Shown piece by piece: positions 57,590 to 64,000 of a stretch of DNA of 64,000 nucleotides (position 1 is its first letter; every line of letters starts with the position of its first letter). This DNA comes from Paraspadella gotoi (Eukaryota; Animalia; Chaetognatha). The notes beneath the pieces are model-generated. The model worked only from the letters and a program-made list of their open reading frames with translations. It made no database searches and was not told where the DNA came from. The DNA lies in assembly GCA_051294375.1 (NCBI GenBank), contig CM119266.1:23584776-23648775 (forward strand). Reading direction: 5' to 3'. Position numbers and translations under genes: made by a program.

Positions 57590-57735
57590 GAAAAAAAAAA
57601 ATCCCGCGAGTCCGACTTAGGTCCGGGAAAATTCGACCAATCACGAGTCGTCGTCTCAATACGCCAAGATTTCTTCGACCATTCGGCAACGCGTTAATCC
57701 GATTTGGCCACGTCATGGCGCGCGATCTCACTCGC
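57590..57735. promoter_or_regulatory. CpG-rich promoter-like cluster
   Basis: CCAATCAC, GCCACGTCA and GGCGCGCG lie within 140 bp in an otherwise AT/CT-rich context. No linked gene was identified. Confidence 0.25.
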
Positions 57736-58522
57736 TCCAGAAAAAAAAAGAACGATTTTTCATCTTTTCTTTTTTTAATTTCTTTTTTTTTCGATGTCGA
57801 TTATCATTAGCCGAATTTTCTTTCTTTTTTTTTTCCTGATGAAAGAAAGAGTTACACCGTAAATTAGAAAAAGAGAAAAAAAATTGTGATGCGAGATAAA
57901 TTGAGTTTGGATTTGTCGGCCCAAGATGAAAAGTATCCTAGGATCCAGTGGATTTTGGTGAAAATGGATCAGAAAACAAATGGGGCATAGTATTATCCAT
58001 AAAAGACTCTCTTGACGAAAAGAAATCTCGGGAGTCGGAGTATACGATTTCAATTTGAATGCTTCTGAAAAAAAAAAAAAAAAATCGGAAGAGAAATTTG
58101 CAGGTTTTTATCTCTCTCTCTCTTTCTCTTTTTCTCTCTCTCTTTTTTCTCTCCGTCTGTCCGTCTGCGATCGCTCAACCACGTCGTATCAGCCGACGTC
58201 TCTGTCTGAGCCGCCCTTAGTGTGAGAGAGAGAGAGAGAGAGAGAGAGACGGAGCGAGACAGAGTGGGATGGACGAAGGGAAGACGAATGATCGCCGATT
58301 CAGTGGAATCCTTTGGCGGCTCCTTTGCTTAGTCAGACTCTGGGCGGAACTTCACAGAATCCCTCGATCCGCGATGATGAACAGCGGCGAGCGGTCAAGG
58401 TCACGTGAGAGCCCGTCACGTGACCGTCACGGCGGGGCCGGTCGCGAAGGTCTCTCCATCTCTGTCGATTTATCCCTCCCCCGTTTATTAGAAGCGGAAA
58501 CGAAGGGGGTGAGAGGAGAAGA

Positions 58523-58594
<72 letters not shown>

Positions 58595-59148
58595 AGGGAC
58601 GCGGGAGACTGAGTCGATTACCGGCAGCGGATTGCGTGTCTAGACTTTTTGACGAACGAATGCCTCTCCTCTCTACCTCTCTCTCAGTCTCTCCTTGGCG
58701 GGAGGCGAAAAGGACTTTAATCGAATCGAGCCGTCCTCGTCGTCGTCGTCGGTCGTTATCGTCGTCGTCGCCCTAAACGTAGTTTCGATTCGTCGGAAAT
58801 CGATGCGCTCATAATTTACGAGGAGGAAATCTGATTTGAGAGGAAAAGTTTGGAGGCGGATCGAGGATCGGGGTTGGCCCGAAGTGTCACTTGGGGTTGG
58901 AACGCGATAGGTTAATTCGCGGATTGATTAGATAATGAAATGGCCAAAGGCTCGGAATTGCCAAGTTTTTGATTTTTTGGTTCTCTCCCAGTTGCGCAGG
59001 GATTTCTTAAACACACAGATCAATCGATGTCCGTTCTACAACAATCAACTCGGACAAACGAATCCATTCCGTATTCGTCAGAAATGAGCGTCGTACTGTA
59101 AACCAAACTGAAACAAAACTGACGAAAAAGAGAGAGAGAAGACGAGAG

Positions 59149-59188
<40 letters not shown>

Positions 59189-59209
59189 CAGACGAGAGAG
59201 AGAGAGAGA

Positions 59210-59313
<104 letters not shown>

Positions 59314-59453
59314 AGAGAGAAGAAAAGTTTGGCCATTTATATGGCGGGTCGATATGCTGAAATTTAGTCATCATTAAGCCGATCATCAAATGCTTTATGA
59401 TTTGAGAATTCTCTTCGTCGTTAGCGTCGTTGTCGTGTCGTCGCGCCATGGTC

Positions 59454-61834
59454 AAGTATGTCATCCTTCATAATCGCTTCCCCGGGGGCGGTACTGGGGG
59501 CGGCCCCGCGGGGTGGCTCCGGCGGGGCGGCCCGCGAGGGGCAGGGCAAATCCTTACCGCCTAGGGGCGGGCCCTGTAGCCTGCTTTTTATTGGAGGCCC
59601 CAAGGGGCCACTCCAGGGGGAATCCCCAGGGGCTAGAAAAACCTTGCCCCCTGGGGCTACCCCCTAGGGGGCTGGATTTTTCCTGCCCCCTGGAAACGGC
59701 TCTCTCTCCTCCCTCCTATCTCTCTCTGTCCCCTCTACTCTCTCTCTCTCCTCTCCCTCGATCTCTCTCTCTCTTTCTCTCTCTATTTTCTATTTTCATC
59801 TTTCCATTACAATAAAATATAAAAATAAAAATAATATTTTTTCACTTCAATTAATCATCAAATGAGACCATAGCTGCACCAAATACCAAGCTTGCATAAT
59901 TTGGTGAACACCTTGCATTATTTTAGTAGATTGACATAAATTGGTCAACTGACATAAATTGTCAACCGTGATATAAATTTAATCAACTTTTAAAATTTGT
60001 AAACTTTTATAATTTGGTAAACTTTCATAATTTGGTATTTTTTTTATATTTAGTTAACTTGCTTATTTGGTAAGTCCTTCATAAATTGGGCTCAACTTTT
60101 TATAATTTGGTTAAACTTTAATAATTTTGGTTAAACTTTCATAATTTGGTAAACGTTCATATTTGGGTAAACTTTCATAAATTTAATCAATTTTGCGATA
60201 ATTAATCAACCTCGCATAATTTGGTCAACTTGCATAATTTGGTCAATTTCATAGATTTATCAATTGGCATAAATTGGTCACTGGTATAAATTGGTTAATT
60301 TGCTTTAATTTATTCAACAGTCATGAATTGTCAACTTTAGATAATTTGGACAACTTGGATAATTTGGTCAATAATTATATTTGGTGCAACATCTCAACTT
60401 AACAATTGCTAATTAATAATTTTATCCAATAGAAATACAAAAAAGTAACTTTTGTTTTTCCCATAAAACTTACTTTCAATTTTTCTACCCACAAACAAAA
60501 TTTTATCTTAAAAATTTTATAGATAAAGAGTAGGATGGTTTTAATTTTTTAATTCACTTATAAAATAATGTAATTAAAAAATATTAATTGATTATTAATT
60601 AATAATCAGTTTTTAAGTCCATCCGCATTTAGTTCATTAAACTCTATTATTCGTGATTAAATAGATGGATTGGAATAAAATTTTGTGTGTGGGTAAGAAA
60701 GTATGTGATTGAGCTAGAATAAAGTTTTGCTCAACTCTCTCTCTGCAATCGTCAGCCTCTTACTTAACAACGTGAGTTCATCTTAAGGCAATCACAAACT
60801 AAAATTATTAATTAGCACAATCTTAAATAAAATAAAATTTATTTTAGCCGATGTAGAACTCGTTTAAATGTTGATGAATAGTTTTTTCATTGTTTTTTTG
60901 GGGGGAGCTCCATAATTCACTAAGTAGGTCTGTCAGTCAACTGCCCCATTATTTGTTTGGTGGATTTATTTTAATTTTTTTTTAAATATCAAATTATGAT
61001 ATTTTTTTTAAAAATTATGTTCCTCTATAGTCCCTATCAGTATGTCCACCAACAATAAAAAGAAAAAAAAATTAAAAAAAAAAAAGGATTAAAAAAAAGA
61101 CAAAAAAAGAGACAAATGACTGAATTAGCTTTTAACCACTAATTTGTATGGGCTACGTCCTAACAATTTTTGTTAAAACTTATTTCTAATATTTTTAACT
61201 GAAATAAAATAATTGTTAAAAAATACAAATATTATAATTTTTAGATAAAATATGGATATAATGGAGTTACAATAATTTGCATAAATTTGTAGTATTTAAT
61301 TCAGTTACATTAAAACAACGTCTTAAGAGAGAGAGAAAAAAGATCTATAGAGAGAGAAAAAGAGAGAGAGAGAAAAAAGAAAGAGTGAATGAGAAAAAGA
61401 AGAGAGAGAGAAAAAGAGAGAGAGAAAAAGGAAAAAGGAGAGAGAAAGAGAAGGTAACGAAGACAGGGAAATATTCTCAGATGAAATAACATAGTCAGAA
61501 GTATATTTTCCTCACTTCATCTAAACTTTGCTCTCGCTTTAACTCGCCCCTGGGGGAGCAGTTTTTGCTCCCCAAGGGTTACCGCCCAGGGGCAGACTTT
61601 TTTTTGGCCCCAGGGGGCTAAGCATTAAGGAGGGGCGCCGCCCTAATAGACCCAAAAAATATTGCCCCAGGGGAAACCCCCTGGGCGGCCCCTTCTCTGT
61701 TATTGGTACCAATCCAGAGGGGGCGCCCCCTCAATGACCATAGTTTGTGCCTGCTCCCCCTGGAATAGTCTGCCCCCTGGGGCCGGCCATAAGGAGCCGC
61801 CCCGCGGGCGGAGGATTGGGAGATGACATATCTC
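59454..61834. mobile_element. Non-autonomous TIR DNA transposon (Mutator/Foldback-like), 2381 bp
   Basis: The direct repeat GCCATGGTC flanks it at 59445-59453 and 61835-61843 (9-bp TSD). The termini are inverted: left AAGTATGTCATCC..., right reverse complement GAGATATGTCATCT.... GC-rich arms (59454-59700 and 61545-61834) carry recurring CCCC(A/T)GGGG motifs, with a CT-rich tract inside the left arm and a GA-rich tract inside the right arm. There is no transposase ORF. The inverted duplicate at ~62500-62525 lacks the insert. Confidence 0.8.
59890..60385 (+). repeat. ~18-bp degenerate tandem array (consensus ~AACTT(T/G)CATAATTTGGT(A/C)) inside the TIR element
   Basis: CATAATTTGGT..AACTT recurs at ~18-bp spacing over ~500 bp. 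Confidence 0.85.
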
Positions 61835-62309
61835 GCCATGGTCCCGTCCGGCCTAAGTGGTAAACGTCATTTTCACATCGATGACCCGTGAGGTCCAACG
61901 AATTTACGTCGAGCGACACCAGGGTCGCCTCGCGGGCGTAAGTGGGCGTGTCTGCCCGAAGAGGAACTCCGGCGTCGCCACGTCAATTCGGGACCCATGA
62001 AAATAATCTCGACGACACCGAATACTAAAGAGGCGGTTTTCTATGAAATTGGTGAACCAATATAAAAATTATCCATTCATTTAATAAATAAGCTATCTTG
62101 CCCCTGACTTTGGCAGCTTTGGTGGTTTAAGGCCTCATCACTTTTTTCTTTCTTTTTCTCCTTATTTTTCTTTTCTTTTTTCATTTTTCTTTTCATTTAA
62201 AATCTGTTTGCATATAAACCCTGAGCCAACTATTTTCTCCCTAAATCAGTTTCGCCGATCAAAAAGAATTCTTTCGCCTCCCAACTTTGACTCCCACATC
62301 TTCTTACAG

Positions 62310-62641
62310 TCCCCCCCAACCCGCCTCTTTAGTATTCGGTGTCGTCGGGGAGAATTATTTTCATGGGTCCCGAATTGACGGGCGACGCCGGAGTTCCTCT
62401 TCGGGCAGACACGCCCACTTATGCCCGCGAGGCGACCCTGGTGTAGCTCGACGTAAATTCGTTGGACCTCACGGGTCATCGATGTGAAAATGACGTTACC
62501 CTAGACGACGAGCATGGCGACGACGACGACTACGACGCTAACGACGAAGAGAAATTCTCAAATCATAAAGCATTGATGATCGGCTTAATGATGACTAAAT
62601 TTCAGCGTATCGACCCCGCCATATAAATGGCCAACTTTTCT

Positions 62642-62730
<89 letters not shown>

Positions 62731-63272
62731 GTCCGTTTGTCAGTTTTGTTTACAGTTAGACGGTCATTTCTGCGAATACGGAAATGGATTCGTCGTCCGA
62801 GTTGATTGTAGAACGGACATCGATTGATCTGTGTGTTTAAGAATCCCTGCGCAACTGGAGAACCAAAAAATCAAAACTTGGCAATTCCGAGCTTTGCCAT
62901 TTCATTATCTAATCAATCCCGCGAATTAACCTATCGCGTTCCAACCCCAAGTGACACTTCGGGCCAACCCCGATCCCCGATCCGCTCCAAACTTTCCTCT
63001 CAAATCAGATTTCCTCCTCGTAAATTATGACGCAATCGATTTCAGACGAATCGAAACTCGTTTAGGGCGACGACGACGATAGCGACGACGACGAACGACG
63101 AGGACGGCTCGATTCGATTAAAGTCCTTTTCGCCCTCCCGCCAAGGAGAGACTGAGAGAGAGGTAGAGAGAAGAGGCATTCGTCGTCAAAGTCTAGACAC
63201 GCAATCCGCTGCCCGCGTAATCGGACTCAGTCTCCCGCGTCCTCTCTCTCTCTCTCTCTCTCTCCTCTCTCT

Positions 63273-63308
<36 letters not shown>

Positions 63309-63574
63309 CTCCTTCTCTCTCTCACCCCCTCGTTTCCGCTTTCTAATAAACGGGGGAGGGATAAATCGACAGAGATGGAGAGACCTCGCGACGGCCCCGC
63401 CGTGACGGTCACGTGACGGCTCTCACGTGACCTTGACGCTCGCCGCTGTTCATCATCGCGGATCGAGGGATTCTGTGAGTTCCGCCAGAATCTGACTAGC
63501 AAAGGCGCCGCCAAAGGATTCCACTGAATCGGCGATCATTCGTCTCCTTCGTCCATCCACCTCTGTCTCGCTCC

Positions 63575-63630
<56 letters not shown>

Positions 63631-64000
63631 ACACTAAGGGCGGCTCAGGACAGAGACGTCGGCTGATACGACGTGGTTGAGCGATCGCAGACGGACAGAC
63701 GGAGAGAAAAAAAGGAGAGAGAAAAAGAGAAGAGAGAGAGAAATAAAAACCAGCAAATTTCTCTTCCGATTTTTTTTTTTTTTTTAGAAGCATTCAAATT
63801 GAAATCGTATACTCCGACTCCGAGATTTCTTTTCGTCAAGAGGGTCCTATATGGATAATACTATGCCCCATTTGTTTTCTGATCCATTTTCACCAAAATC
63901 CACTTGGGTCCTAGGATACTTTTCATCTTGGCCGACAAATCCAAACTCAATTCATCTCGCATCACAATTTTTTTTCTTTTTCTAATTTACGGTGTAACCC
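62310..64000 (-). other. Inverted duplicate of 57850-59453 plus 61844-62036, without the TIR insertion
   Basis: Colinear reverse-complement match. The window end TTTACGGTGTAAC pairs with GTTACACCGTAAA at 57851. Confidence 0.9.

Noticed and set aside
59890-60385. CRISPR-like array (also considered for 33050-33340 and 14485-14616)
   Set aside because: The units are contiguous tandem repeats without unique spacers, no cas genes are present, and the context is eukaryotic.

Overview
This window is eukaryotic DNA, probably from an invertebrate animal. It has spliceosomal GT-AG introns, many short ones, and very dense (GA)n/(CT)n, (GAAA)n and (GAC)n microsatellites. It comes from a draft hybrid assembly: five gaps are exactly 25 N long and sit next to indel-rich, raw-long-read-like duplicate or inverted copies of neighbouring sequence, so roughly a third of the window is redundant. 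I can support three real elements. (1) A compact 14-exon gene on + (53267-56152) encodes a ~416-aa type-II membrane protein with a helical stalk and a divergent C-type-lectin-like domain. (2) A frameshift-ridden, 5'-truncated Ty3/Gypsy retrotransposon on - (~40160-44063) retains RNase H, integrase, PPT and a 3' LTR-like end followed by an A16 tract, and an apparent empty-site copy lies nearby. (3) A 2.4-kb non-autonomous TIR transposon (59454-61834) has a 9-bp TSD, GC-rich palindromic ends and an internal 18-bp array, and its empty allele is present in the inverted duplicate. There are also several minisatellites and promoter-like motif clusters. I found no rRNA, tRNA, CRISPR or prokaryotic system, and most ORFs in the ORF track are microsatellite translations. 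All alignments and translations were done by eye.
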